Shown piece after piece: positions 48,761-59,185 of a stretch of 64,000 nucleotides of DNA. Location: NCBI GenBank assembly GCA_963794325.1, contig CAWCDG010000005.1:256001-320000 (forward strand), read 5' to 3'. A program made the position numbers and the translations under genes. The stretch comes from an uncultured delta proteobacterium. GTDB lineage: Bacteria; Desulfobacterota; Binatia; Binatales; Binataceae. Every line of letters starts with the position of its first letter. Position 1 is the first letter of the stretch. Under the pieces are notes generated by a model, which was not told the DNA's origin, ran no database searches, and saw only the letters and a program-made list of their open reading frames with translations.

Positions 48761-51504
48761 GCCTCCTGACGGCGGATCACGCCGAGCTAGTCCCCGGTAC
48801 CGCATCTTCGCCGCGTGGCGAGGACGCGCTGCTCGCGCAATTCGTTGCGAGCAAGACCCCCGGCCTCAATGCCCGCGCTTATTTGGAATCCATCCGCGCC
48901 GAGCTAGGTGAGCGTCATTTCTCCGGCGCGAGCGGCGGCGAGATCACAGCTGCGATGACCTCGGCGATGGACGATCTGCTGCGCGCGCTGTTCCGCTATG
49001 CGGAGGCGGAGCACAGCCGGCGCGGTCCCAAGCTCAACCAGAAAATCGCGGTAGTCGCACGCGGCGGTTACGGGCGCGGCGAGCTGAATCCGCAATCCGA
49101 CGTCGATCTCCTCTTTCTGCACGATTACAAGCGCGGTCCGTACGCGGAAATCGTCACCGAAATAATTTTGCACGCGCTATGGGATGCGGGCCTGATGGTC
49201 GGACACGGGGTTCGCACGGCCAAGGAATGCGTGCGGCTCGCGAATGAAGACCTGAAAGAAAAGACCGCGATCCTCGACGCGCGATTTTTATGCGGTGACG
49301 AAAAGCTCTACGCCGAATTCGACAAGCTGCTCATCGCCGAGGTCCTCAATCGCAACCAGGACAAGTTCTTCGCCAGCAAGCTCGAGGAAAGCCGCAAACG
49401 CCACGCCCAGTATGGCGATTCGATCTACCTGCTCGAGCCGCAGATCAAGGACGGCGAAGGCGGGCTGCGCGATCTGCACACTGCGATGTGGCTGGCCAAG
49501 GTAAAATACAAGGTCCATTCGCTCGAAGAGCTGGTGCAAAAGGCCGTCATCACCGAGCCCGAAGCGGCCGAGGTGATCGAGGCGCGCGATTTTCTCTGGC
49601 GCGTGCGCAACTCGCTGCACTTTCTGAGCGGCCGCCACTTCGATCAGATCACATTCGAGATGCAGGAGCGGATCGAGCCGATGCTCGGCTTCAAGCCCGA
49701 GGAAGGACAGGCCGCGGGCTCGGCCCTGATGCGCGCGTACTATCAGCATGCATCGACGGTCCATCGATTTGCCGAGGGGCTGATTGCGCGAGTGATCGAG
49801 AACAGTCCCGGAGGACGATTTTTTCGTCGCACCCCGACCCGCAAGATTCGTCCCGGCGTGATCGTTCAGGGCAGCCTGCTGAGTATCGTGCAGACCGATT
49901 TCTTTCAGCGCGATCCCTTGAACCTGATTACGATCTACGCCGACTGCCAGGCGCAGGACGTGAGGCTATCGGGCAGCACATACCAGTTGATTCGCGACAA
50001 CGTCGGATTGATCGACGACAACATGCGCAAAAATCCACGCGTCGCCGAGGCGCTGATGACGATTCTGTCGGCGCGCCAGCGTGTTGCCGAAACGCTCGAA
50101 GCGATGCATCTGTCGGGCGTGCTCGGCGCGATTATTCCCGAGTTCGGCAATCTCTACGCGCGCGTCCTGCACGACCTCTACCATATCTACACCGTCGATC
50201 GTCATTCACTGGTCGCAGTGCGCGAGCTTGAGCGATTGCGCACCGGGGAGTTCAAGGATTCGACTCCGCTACTCACCGAAGTCGCGCGCGAGCTCCCTCA
50301 CCTGCCGCTGGTGTTCCTCGCGCTGCTGCTACATGACATCGGCAAGGGCCACGGCCACGACCATCATGAGCGCGGCGCGAGCCTGACCGCGGAAGTGTCG
50401 CAGCGTCTCGGACTCAACAACGAGGAAATCGATCTCGTTGTGTTCCTGGTGCGCAATCATCTGATGATGTCGCAGACCGCGCAGAAGGGTGACCTCGACG
50501 ATCGAACTACCGTCACGGAATTTGCGCGCATTGTCGGATCGATCGATCGTCTGAAGGCGCTCTACCTGCTTACATACGCGGACATGCGCGCCGTCGCGCC
50601 GAAGGTCTACAACAACTGGCGCGACATGTTGCTGAGCGATCTCTACCTGCGCGCGCTCAAGGTGCTCGAGCAGGGCGATCGCGAGGCGGTCGATCCTGCA
50701 CGCCGGCTGGCGACAGTTAAAGCCAGCGTGCGCGAGACCTTGCTCGCCGCGTCGGCTCCTGAAGCGGACGTCGCCGCTTTCCTCGATGAGATGCCGGACC
50801 GCTACTTCTTCACCGTGCCTGAGGACGACATCCCGCTGCACTTCGACTTGATGCGATCGCTCGACGATCGTCCGCTGGTCTGTCGCGTCAGACACTTTCC
50901 CGAACTCGAATTCAGCGAGTTTATCGTCGTGACGCACGATCGGCCGGGACTGTTCGCGATGATCGCGGGCGCGCTGACCGCCAACAATCTCAACATCCTG
51001 TCGGCTCGAATCACGACGCGCTCCAACGGTGTCGCGATGGACGTGTTTCGCGTGTCGCATCATATGGGGCAGGCCTCGATGGCGCTGGAAGAGGACCGAT
51101 GGCTGCGGGTCGAGCATGACCTGGAACGCGTCATCACCGGCCAGCAGGATATCGCGGCGCTGGTTGCCGCCGCGCATCACGTGCAGAGCGCCGGTCGCAA
51201 GTTCGTGCGCCACGTGCCGACCGAAGTCACCGTTGACAATCGTACCTCCGAGCAGTTCACCGTCATCGACGTGTTCACCCAGGACCGCGGCGGTCTGCTG
51301 TTCGCGATCACCCACACGCTCTTCCGGCTGGGCCTGCGAATCCACCTCGCGCGCATCTCAACCAATGCCGATCAGGCGCTCGACGTATTTTATGTTAGCG
51401 ATCGCGACGGTGGGAAAATTGAGGATCTGGATCGAATGCGCGAGCTGCGCGCCGCGCTGCTCGAGAAGGTCGAGCAGAATCCCCGCGCCGGGGCAGCAGC
51501 GTGA
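48757..51504 (+). CDS. glnD: [Protein-PII] uridylyltransferase
   Basis: GGYGRGELNPQSDVD, K.GEGGLRD, HIYTVDRH, LLHDIGKG, two ACT domains. GTG start overlaps the amidase stop. Confidence 0.96.
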   Translation: MSLLTADHAELVPGTASSPRGEDALLAQFVASKTPGLNARAYLESIRAELGERHFSGASGGEITAAMTSAMDDLLRALFRYAEAEHSRRGPKLNQKIAVVARGGYGRGELNPQSDVDLLFLHDYKRGPYAEIVTEIILHALWDAGLMVGHGVRTAKECVRLANEDLKEKTAILDARFLCGDEKLYAEFDKLLIAEVLNRNQDKFFASKLEESRKRHAQYGDSIYLLEPQIKDGEGGLRDLHTAMWLAKVKYKVHSLEELVQKAVITEPEAAEVIEARDFLWRVRNSLHFLSGRHFDQITFEMQERIEPMLGFKPEEGQAAGSALMRAYYQHASTVHRFAEGLIARVIENSPGGRFFRRTPTRKIRPGVIVQGSLLSIVQTDFFQRDPLNLITIYADCQAQDVRLSGSTYQLIRDNVGLIDDNMRKNPRVAEALMTILSARQRVAETLEAMHLSGVLGAIIPEFGNLYARVLHDLYHIYTVDRHSLVAVRELERLRTGEFKDSTPLLTEVARELPHLPLVFLALLLHDIGKGHGHDHHERGASLTAEVSQRLGLNNEEIDLVVFLVRNHLMMSQTAQKGDLDDRTTVTEFARIVGSIDRLKALYLLTYADMRAVAPKVYNNWRDMLLSDLYLRALKVLEQGDREAVDPARRLATVKASVRETLLAASAPEADVAAFLDEMPDRYFFTVPEDDIPLHFDLMRSLDDRPLVCRVRHFPELEFSEFIVVTHDRPGLFAMIAGALTANNLNILSARITTRSNGVAMDVFRVSHHMGQASMALEEDRWLRVEHDLERVITGQQDIAALVAAAHHVQSAGRKFVRHVPTEVTVDNRTSEQFTVIDVFTQDRGGLLFAITHTLFRLGLRIHLARISTNADQALDVFYVSDRDGGKIEDLDRMRELRAALLEKVEQNPRAGAAA

Positions 51505-52460
51505 GTGCAGCCGGCTGGGACGAGCTTATCGATCGCCATCTGTCGCGCCAGGCGGTCGAGCGCGGGCTGAGCCGCCATTCGATGGAGGCATACGCGCACG
51601 ACCTCAGCCTGTTTCAATCGTGGTGCCGCGAATCCGGCCTCGAGCCCGCGCAGCTCGACGCGGCGGCACTGACGGCGTACCTCGAAGCGCTCGCCGATCA
51701 GGGATTTGCGGTCAGCTCACAACGCCGGCATCTCGCCAGCCTGCGCGGGCTCGCGCGCGAGCTGGTGGACGAGAAGATCATCGAGCGCGACCCCGCACCC
51801 GCGCTGAAACTCAGGCCGCATCCGCGCAAACTGCCTCGTACGCTGTCGTCGAATGACATCGAAAATCTGATCGCCGCGATCGACGCGCACGATGCTCGCG
51901 GACTACGCGATCGCGCGATGCTCGAGATGGCGTATGGATGCGGGCTGCGGGTCTCGGAGCTGGTCGGCTTGCAATTGCATCAGGTGAATCTCGCGGCCGG
52001 CGCGGTGGTGGTGCTCGGCAAGGGCAGCAAGGAGCGGATGGTGCCGATGGGCGGTGCCGCGATTCGCACGCTGAAGGCTTACCTCGAGCGCCGCGACGAG
52101 ATTCTCAATCGGGCAGGCAGCGCCAACGGCAAGAAGAAAGTTCCACGACGGGTGTCGGCGGTTTTCATCACGAGGCTTGGGCGCGCGATGACCCGGCAAG
52201 GATTTTTCAAGGCGCTCAAAGGATGGGCCGCCAACGACCCGCGACTCTCATGGATCAGCCCGCATACGTTGCGGCATTGCTTCGCCACGCATTTGCTCGA
52301 GGGCGGGGCCGATTTGCGCGCCGTGCAGGAGATGCTCGGTCACAGCGATATTTCGACCACCCAGATTTACACGCATCTCTCGAAGAGCCACCTGCGCAAG
52401 GTGCATCGCACGTTTCATCCGCGCGCCACCCGCGCGAGCGTGGGCGAAGGTACGGTCTGA
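51501..52460 (+). CDS. xerD: Site-specific tyrosine recombinase XerD
   Basis: RDRAMLE..YGCGLRVSEL, GKGSKER, SPHTLRHCFATHLL, LGHSDISTTQIYTH; housekeeping context. Confidence 0.9.
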   Translation: MSAAGWDELIDRHLSRQAVERGLSRHSMEAYAHDLSLFQSWCRESGLEPAQLDAAALTAYLEALADQGFAVSSQRRHLASLRGLARELVDEKIIERDPAPALKLRPHPRKLPRTLSSNDIENLIAAIDAHDARGLRDRAMLEMAYGCGLRVSELVGLQLHQVNLAAGAVVVLGKGSKERMVPMGGAAIRTLKAYLERRDEILNRAGSANGKKKVPRRVSAVFITRLGRAMTRQGFFKALKGWAANDPRLSWISPHTLRHCFATHLLEGGADLRAVQEMLGHSDISTTQIYTHLSKSHLRKVHRTFHPRATRASVGEGTV

Positions 52461-52461
52461 C

Positions 52462-53124
52462 TTGGGCGATCTCAGCGGAACCCTCGCGACCATTTGCATC
52501 GTCGCGCCGCCAATCATGTTCGCGATCATCGCGCACGAGGTCATGCATGGCGTGGTCGCGCTGCGGCTTGGCGACGATACCGCGCGGCGCGCCGGACGGC
52601 TCACCTTGAATCCGATTTCGCACATCGATCTCTTCGGCACGATCATCCTGCCGTTCGCGCTGTTTCTGTTTCATCTGCCGGTGCTTGGCTACGCGAAGCC
52701 GGTGCCGGTCGATTTTCGCGTGCTGCGCGGCGGACGTAGCGGAATGCTGAAAGTTGCCGCGGCCGGACCGCTGACGAATTTCGTGCTCGCAATCGTGAGC
52801 GGACTCCTGCTGCGCGCGGTTCCCGCATTTTTGCACGGCTCGCTTGGACCCACCGTCGTCGTTCCGCTCGCACGGATGCTGCAGGCGTCGGTGATCGTCA
52901 ACGTCGAACTGGGCGTCTTCAATCTCTTCCCCGTCTTGCCGCTCGACGGTGGCCGCGTGCTGTTCAGCGTTCTGCCGATCGCCGCGGCGCGCGCCTACGC
53001 GCAAACCGAGCGTTACGGCTTCCTTATACTGCTGTTGCTGCTGTATACGCATTGGTTGGATGTCGCGATTTATCCGGTGATGAACCTGGCGCTCAACGCG
53101 ATCTCCTGGATGGTGCAGCTGTGA
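52462..53124 (+). CDS. Site-2 protease family protein
   Basis: HEVMH, AGPLTN, FNLFPVLPLDG. Confidence 0.93.
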   Translation: MGDLSGTLATICIVAPPIMFAIIAHEVMHGVVALRLGDDTARRAGRLTLNPISHIDLFGTIILPFALFLFHLPVLGYAKPVPVDFRVLRGGRSGMLKVAAAGPLTNFVLAIVSGLLLRAVPAFLHGSLGPTVVVPLARMLQASVIVNVELGVFNLFPVLPLDGGRVLFSVLPIAAARAYAQTERYGFLILLLLLYTHWLDVAIYPVMNLALNAISWMVQL

Positions 53125-53879
53125 GCAACCAAAACGAAGGCAACCCGCTGCCGGTAATCGGCGCCGACGGCGGCACGCGCTTCCGGCTCCCGATTTACGA
53201 GGGACCGCTCGACCTGCTGCTGCATCTGCTCAAGCGCGCTGAGCTCGATCCGCACGAAGTCACCGCCAGCGTTATTACCGAGCAGTATCTCGCGTGGCTC
53301 GAACTGCTCGATCAGTTGAACCTCGACGTCGCGGGCGAGTACCTCGTGATGGCGGCGACGCTGCTGTTGATCAAGTCGTTCGCGATGCTGCCGCATCCGG
53401 AGCTTGCGGACACCGAGGAAGCTGAGGAGCTGAAGCGCGATCTGGTCGAGCGGCTGCTCGAGTATCAACGTTATCGCGAGGCGGCCGAGAAGCTTTCCGA
53501 GCGTGCCCTGCTTGGCCGCGACGTTTTCACCACGCCCGGCATGAGCGCGCCGGAAGACGCCAACGCAAAGCAATACACCGTTTCGATTTTCGATCTGGTC
53601 GAGGCGATCGGCGCGGTGCTCAAGCGCGTCGCCGATAAGACGCCGCGGAAAATCGAGCTGCGCGACATCCCAGTGGCGGAATGTATCCCGCGAATCCTGC
53701 GCGCGCTGGAAGGCACGGGACGGATCCAGTTCGCCGCTCTGTTCGAGGATGCGCACGATCGATCGCTGGTAATCGCAACGTTCATGGCGCTGCTCGAATT
53801 GATCCGGCGGCGCGACGTTCGCGCGTTTCAGGAAGTGCGCTTCGGCCCGATTTATCTCGAACGCGGCGCGGCGGCATGA
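53121..53879 (+). CDS. scpA: Segregation and condensation protein A
   Basis: YEGPLDLLLHL, EYLVMAATLLLIKS, TFMALLEL. Start at GTG 53121. Confidence 0.95.
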   Translation: MSNQNEGNPLPVIGADGGTRFRLPIYEGPLDLLLHLLKRAELDPHEVTASVITEQYLAWLELLDQLNLDVAGEYLVMAATLLLIKSFAMLPHPELADTEEAEELKRDLVERLLEYQRYREAAEKLSERALLGRDVFTTPGMSAPEDANAKQYTVSIFDLVEAIGAVLKRVADKTPRKIELRDIPVAECIPRILRALEGTGRIQFAALFEDAHDRSLVIATFMALLELIRRRDVRAFQEVRFGPIYLERGAAA

Positions 53880-53889
53880 CGGAGGCCGA

Positions 53890-54555
53890 GTGGAAGAAGA
53901 TCGATTGAAATCAATTCTCGCGAGCTTGCTGTTCGCGGCCGGCGAGCCGGTCTCGATTGCGCGGCTGTCCGCCGTGTTCGACGACATGCCGCGTGCGACG
54001 GTACAGAAGGCGCTGGCCGAGATGGCGTCGCAGTACGCCGCTGAAAATCGCGGCATCGCGATCGACGAAGTTGCCGGCGGCTACCAGATGCGCACGCCGA
54101 AGGATCACGCCGGGTACGTTCGCAAGCTGCTCGCCGCGCGGCCGCCGCGACTTAGCCGTCCGCTGATGGAGACGGTCGCGATAATCGCGTATCGCCAGCC
54201 GATCACGCGTCCTGAGATCGAGCAGTTGCGCGGCGTCGATACCGGCGGCGTGCTCGAAACGCTGCTCGAAAAACGGCTCATCAAAATTGCCGGCCGCAAG
54301 GAAGCGCCCGGACGCCCGATGGTCTACGAGACCACTCCTGAGTTCCTCGAATTGTTCGGGCTGAAGGATCTCGAGAGTCTGCCCGACCTGTCGGAGTTCC
54401 GTGAAATCGAGCGCGCCGTCGAGCAAGCCACCACCGGTCCGGTGGAAGGCATCGAGACTCATCCTGAGGATGTTGCGCACGCAGCGCCTTCGTCAGAAGA
54501 AGAACCGGCCGAGCCCGCGCCTGAGACATCCGACGACGACAAGACCTCGCACTGA
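53890..54555 (+). CDS. scpB: Segregation and condensation protein B
   Basis: LSRPLMETVAIIAYRQPITR.EIEQLRGV, PGRP..Y.TT..FL..FGL. Confidence 0.96.
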   Translation: MEEDRLKSILASLLFAAGEPVSIARLSAVFDDMPRATVQKALAEMASQYAAENRGIAIDEVAGGYQMRTPKDHAGYVRKLLAARPPRLSRPLMETVAIIAYRQPITRPEIEQLRGVDTGGVLETLLEKRLIKIAGRKEAPGRPMVYETTPEFLELFGLKDLESLPDLSEFREIERAVEQATTGPVEGIETHPEDVAHAAPSSEEEPAEPAPETSDDDKTSH

Positions 54556-54570
54556 ACGGAGAACAGATTG

Positions 54571-55752
54571 ATGCATCGATTCCGGCTGCTGATTCTTGTG
54601 GCGATGACCTCGTTTGTGTTCGCGGGATCGTCGCTCGCGCAGCAAAAGCCGGCACCCGCGCCGCCGCCCGAAAACGATCCGCTCTACATGCGCGTCGTTG
54701 CGATGCCGTATCCGCCCGAGGCGCAAATCCTCGACGGCGGCGGTCGTCGCCATTCAGCCTACGAGTTGTACGTGACGAACTGGGGCAAGACGCCGCTGAA
54801 GATCACCAAGCTCGACGTGATCGGAAAGGACGACGACAAAGTTGTCGTCAACCAATCGGCCAGTGGCAAACAATTGGCCGCGATGTTCGTGCCAATCAAC
54901 GGCGACGGCACCAAGCCCAACGATCCGGGTCTCAAGCCGGGCGAGACCGGCGTCTTTTTTATCTTTACCGATTGGCTTCCCGACCAGGGAGACCCGGACA
55001 ATTTTGATACTGCGATTACGATCGAGCAGCATGGCGAGCGCAGCGGTTCCGGCACAATACACACTGCCGCGATCGATCTGAATCAGGACGACCCGATCGT
55101 GATCAACGCTCCCATCCACGGCAAAAATTGGCTCGCTGCCAACGCACCGTCCAATACCTCGGCGCATCGCCGCGCGATGCTCCCAGTTAACGGTCAACCG
55201 CACATCGGCCAGCGTTATGCGATCGACTGGATCCAGCTCGGCGACGACGGCAAAGCGTTCACCGGCGACGAGCACGACAACAAGAGCTATCACGCATGGG
55301 ACCAGGAGATTCACGCGGTCGCCGACGGCAAGATCGTCGAGGTCAAGGACGGTATCGCCGAGAACGTCCCCAACAGCGGCAAGCTCGCGGTGCAGATCAC
55401 CAATGACACTCTGCCCGGCAATCGCGTCATCGAGGAGCTGAGCGAAGGCCACTACGCCGCGTACGCGCATCTGCGGCCCGGCACGATTAAGGTGAAGGTG
55501 GGCGACACTGTCCACGCCGGCGACGTGCTCGCGCATCTCGGCAACAGCGGCAACTCAACCGAGCCGCATCTACATTTCCAGGTCTGCGACGCGCCGTCGT
55601 TCCCGGCCTCGGAGGGCCTGCCGTTCGCGATCGATCAGTACATGTACGAGGACTACAAGATCGACAAAGCGCCGAAACCTGCACTGACGGTCAAATCGTC
55701 GCATTCAGTAACGAAACAAGAACCAATGGAAAACGAACTCGATTCGTTCTAG
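54571..55752 (+). CDS. M23-family metallopeptidase
   Basis: Signal peptide, YAIDW, AVADG, GN.V, YAHL, GNSGNSTEPHLHFQ. Confidence 0.9.
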   Translation: MHRFRLLILVAMTSFVFAGSSLAQQKPAPAPPPENDPLYMRVVAMPYPPEAQILDGGGRRHSAYELYVTNWGKTPLKITKLDVIGKDDDKVVVNQSASGKQLAAMFVPINGDGTKPNDPGLKPGETGVFFIFTDWLPDQGDPDNFDTAITIEQHGERSGSGTIHTAAIDLNQDDPIVINAPIHGKNWLAANAPSNTSAHRRAMLPVNGQPHIGQRYAIDWIQLGDDGKAFTGDEHDNKSYHAWDQEIHAVADGKIVEVKDGIAENVPNSGKLAVQITNDTLPGNRVIEELSEGHYAAYAHLRPGTIKVKVGDTVHAGDVLAHLGNSGNSTEPHLHFQVCDAPSFPASEGLPFAIDQYMYEDYKIDKAPKPALTVKSSHSVTKQEPMENELDSF

Positions 55753-55761
55753 ACGACAGTC

Positions 55762-56499
55762 CTATGCCGTCGAAGCTAAGGCCGTCTCAAGAGAACGCTC
55801 CGGGATCGTTGCTGATTGGAATAGGCTGGCATTCTTGCGAATCTCGCGGTCCATAGCATCCGGAGTAATCACCGACTCGATAATTACCGCGCAGTTACTG
55901 GGTATGAAACGGGCGACAAGCTGAAACGCATAGATTGCAAGGGCACTTAGCGGGAGGTGCTCTCCGGAGCGGCCAATTTCGCTAACGTGTAATTGCCGCA
56001 GTCGTCGCGAAAATTCTTGGGCCATTTTCATGGCGGTAGCCATCGTCGGGTCAATTTGCCGAGCGTGGCCTAGGTCCAGGCAAAACTCCGCGTCGGGTAG
56101 CCATTCGAATAGCTGTCGCATTTCTCTTAGGGTGCGGCCGTTAGTCTTCCTGTTGTCCATGTTCTCCAGACAAACCCTTCGACCCAAACTCTTCCACAAC
56201 GATGGAGTCGGCATAAGCTCAGGATGCACGATAATAGGCCAATTTTGAGGTACCTCATGAAGGATGGAAAAAGCTTCTTTTTCCGACAGGGTCGTAAGTT
56301 TGCTGGGGGCGTGAATTGACACGTAGGTAAAATAGCTTAGGTCGAGTTGGTCTAAACCCGAGATTAAGGGCCGAAGCTCATCATCACGAAGTGCGGACAG
56401 TTCAATTGCTCGGAGCGACGGTTTCGTTCGCTGTAGCGAAATGCCGGTCCGAAAGTCGCCCTTTGCCAATGCACCAGTCGAAAACCCTAGTGGTCTCAT
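55762..56499 (-). CDS. Xylose-isomerase/AP-endonuclease-like TIM-barrel protein
   Basis: IELS, SIHAP, VHP, ENMD, DLGHA, LHVSE..H, IIES metal-ligand pattern; lower GC. Confidence 0.75.
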   Translation of the reverse strand: MRPLGFSTGALAKGDFRTGISLQRTKPSLRAIELSALRDDELRPLISGLDQLDLSYFTYVSIHAPSKLTTLSEKEAFSILHEVPQNWPIIVHPELMPTPSLWKSLGRRVCLENMDNRKTNGRTLREMRQLFEWLPDAEFCLDLGHARQIDPTMATAMKMAQEFSRRLRQLHVSEIGRSGEHLPLSALAIYAFQLVARFIPSNCAVIIESVITPDAMDREIRKNASLFQSATIPERSLETALASTA

Positions 56500-57544
56500 T
56501 AGAACACCCCAAATCTCCGAATCAGCCTGCGGAGAGGGTCATGATCAAAAAACAGTTCTTCGATCGCATTTCGGTATACGTTACTCTTGTCGCGCAGCTT
56601 CTGGTAGACCGGCTCTGCGGGGGCAGTTCGAACGTAAGTTTATTGAGAGTTTTCCGTTTGTCGACGTCGCTGAGCGTTGCGAGAAAAACCTCGTATGAGT
56701 CGAAGATCTTACGTCCGCAATCTGGGTACGCCAGCGCCGCTCTAGCTAACTTATCGAGCGGGACAATTCGTGTTTCCTCCCCTATTAGGTACGCCGACTT
56801 TAATAGAAACTCTTCCGCCTTCGTCGCTCTATCTAGGCCATCCGGACCTTTGACTGCGGCTGTGAACACGTAAGTAAGCCGGCAACGAAAAGGAGCTTCC
56901 GCGAAAAACGAAGTTTATATTCCTGATCGCCCATCCTTCTTGGCTCCGCTCCCACATCTTGGATGCGAAATCGGCAGCCATAGTGCGCCAATATCGAACA
57001 ACGTCGTTCAGCAGAAAATGAGGAATGAGATTGAATTTTCCGGATCGGCTCGGGATAGATCGATCGTATACGATATATCGTGCAAGGACATTTTGTATGA
57101 CTCTCTCTCGAAGGGTCGCGTTAGTGATCGCAGTCGATTCGAGGAGCAGAAGTATCCGCCTAGTCAGATTCTCGTTCGTGTCTTTGCTCCCGGCGATGTA
57201 GTGAACGAGATCATGACTGCTAACAAGCTTGCCGAACGTTTCAGTTGAACCTGGTTTGTTAATCTACAGTTTTTCCAGCGTACTAAAGATTTCTTTAGCG
57301 AGCATGAAGTGGGCTGGGTCAGAGGCGCCGTCTACGAGGAGCATCCAGTCGAAGCGCTGCCGGGTGTCGCTTCACAGCGAACAAAGGAGCCCATTACCAC
57401 GATGGACGTTTGTGGATCGTAGAATTTGGTGAGCTCCTTTCTAACTCGATCTATCTGAGCGAGGGCATTCGCCCGGGCTGCCTGAATTGCCGGCCAGTTT
57501 CCACCACATTGCTCAGCAAGCGCTTCAACAGCCGTCAGTTCCAT
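56499..57544 (-). pseudogene. Pol-beta-type nucleotidyltransferase, disrupted
   Basis: Manual reconstruction: GSFVRCEATPGS[D]FDW..LVDG..FG..DTNENLTRRILLLLES..FLLNDVVRYWRT..WAIRNI[K][15 protein letters not shown]. Needs four 1-nt insertions (about 57355, 56915, 56867, 56628) and has an in-frame TAG at 57264-57266. Confidence 0.75.
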
Positions 57545-57660
57545 AGTAGACAGTCTCTCAGAAACCCACGGAACCGGCCAGCACTCGCCGCAAGAACGAC
57601 GATCGTGGATGAGTCTGCCGTTTGCGCCGACCCGCGAGCGATCATCTGCATGCGTTGCTT

Positions 57661-59043
57661 CTAGACGCCGGTGTCCTCGAACACTCCCGTTTCCGGCGTG
57701 TAGTTCTCGAAGCGCGTGTAGTGATTGATGTAGGTGAGCTTCGCGGTGTCGGTGGGGCCGTTACGCTGCTTGGCGACGATTATCTCGGCGACGCCCGGCT
57801 CCTTGCTCTCTTTGCCCTTGTACATCTCCTCGCGGTAGATGAACGCGATCACGTCGGCGTCCTGCTCGAGCGCGCCCGACTCGCGCAGATCGGCCAGCAT
57901 CGGCCGGCGATTCTCGCGCGACTCGACCTGCCGATTGAGCTGCGACAGCGCGATCACCGGGACCTTCAGTTCTTTCGCCAGCGCCTTGAGCGAGCGCGAG
58001 ATTTCCGCGATCTCCTTTTCGCGCGATTCACCCGGACGCGCCGATCTCATCAACTGCAGATAGTCGACGACTATCAGCCCCAGGTTCCTCGCCCGCTCGC
58101 GCTTGAGCCGCCGGCACTTCGCCTTGAGCGTGATCGACGTCGTATCCGACGAGTCATCGATAAAGATGTTCGACTCCGACAGCCGCGCTGCCGCCTGCGC
58201 CAGCTTGGGAAAGTCGCGCTCGCCCAGGAATCCCTGGCGCGCCCGCGCGCTGTCCACCCGCGCCTCGGAGCAAAGCATGCGCAGCACGAGCTGTTCCTTC
58301 GACATTTCCAGCGAAAAAAATGCGACCCCTACAGGCTTGTCCGCTTCTATCGCCGCGTAGGTCGCGATGTTCAGCGCGAGCGCCGATTTGCCCACGCTGG
58401 GACGGGCCGCGATGATAATCAGGTCCGACGGCTGGAAGCCCGCCGTGATTCGATCGAGATCGATGAACCCGCTCGGCACGCCAGTGATCATCTCACGGTT
58501 TTCGTACAGCCGCTCGAGGATCTTCAGCGACTCGCGCGTCAGCTCGGGCATCGTGTGGAACGACGGCTTAATCCGCTTCTCGGAAATCTCGAAGATGCGA
58601 TGCTCGGCTTCGTCGAGGAAGCCATCAACATCCGCCGGCGCCTCGTACGACGCGCTCGCGATGTCAGTCGCAATCGAGCCGAGGCTCCGGAGCACGGCCT
58701 TGTCGTGCACGATTCTCGCGTAGTGCGCGACGTTCGCGGCAGTCGGCACGATTGACGCCAACTCCGCGATATAAGCCGGGCCGCCGATCTGCTCGATCAC
58801 CCCGCGCGTGCGCAGCGCATCGGTCAGCGTAATCGCGTCGACCGGCTGGCTGTGGTCGGTGAGTTCCGCCATCGCGCGGAATATCTGGCGATGCGACTCG
58901 CGATAGAAATCGTCGTCCGAAAGAATCTCGAGCGCGTGATTGATCGCGTCGTTGTCGAGCAGAATCGCGCCGAGCACCGACTGTTCTGCTTCGAGATTTT
59001 GCGGAGGAACGCGCTTTAGAATATCGTCTGACGACACCGCCAC
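57661..59043 (-). CDS. dnaB: Replicative DNA helicase
   Basis: PPQNLEAEQSVLG, AARPSVGKS, FSLEM, DYLQLM, LSQLNR, DLRESGALEQDAD, KQRNGP. Confidence 0.98.
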   Translation of the reverse strand: MAVSSDDILKRVPPQNLEAEQSVLGAILLDNDAINHALEILSDDDFYRESHRQIFRAMAELTDHSQPVDAITLTDALRTRGVIEQIGGPAYIAELASIVPTAANVAHYARIVHDKAVLRSLGSIATDIASASYEAPADVDGFLDEAEHRIFEISEKRIKPSFHTMPELTRESLKILERLYENREMITGVPSGFIDLDRITAGFQPSDLIIIAARPSVGKSALALNIATYAAIEADKPVGVAFFSLEMSKEQLVLRMLCSEARVDSARARQGFLGERDFPKLAQAAARLSESNIFIDDSSDTTSITLKAKCRRLKRERARNLGLIVVDYLQLMRSARPGESREKEIAEISRSLKALAKELKVPVIALSQLNRQVESRENRRPMLADLRESGALEQDADVIAFIYREEMYKGKESKEPGVAEIIVAKQRNGPTDTAKLTYINHYTRFENYTPETGVFEDTGV

Positions 59044-59185
59044 CTGCCCACTACCTCCTCAACCACCGCGCGCTCAGAATTCCAGGAGCGCCGATTATTT
59101 CCGATAGCTTCACCGCATACAACAATTACACCCGCGATCGGCCAACGGTTGTCATCATGCCGTCCACAGCCGATGCACAGTTCGG

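Noticed and set aside
51501-52460. Tyrosine recombinase as a prophage or island integrase
   Set aside because: It has XerD-like motifs, is embedded in a glnD-S2P-scpAB housekeeping operon, and has no att or tRNA site or phage genes nearby.
57264-57266. In-frame TAG in the NTase as pyrrolysine or readthrough recoding
   Set aside because: The same gene carries four frameshifts and no recoding machinery is visible; decay or sequencing error is more parsimonious.
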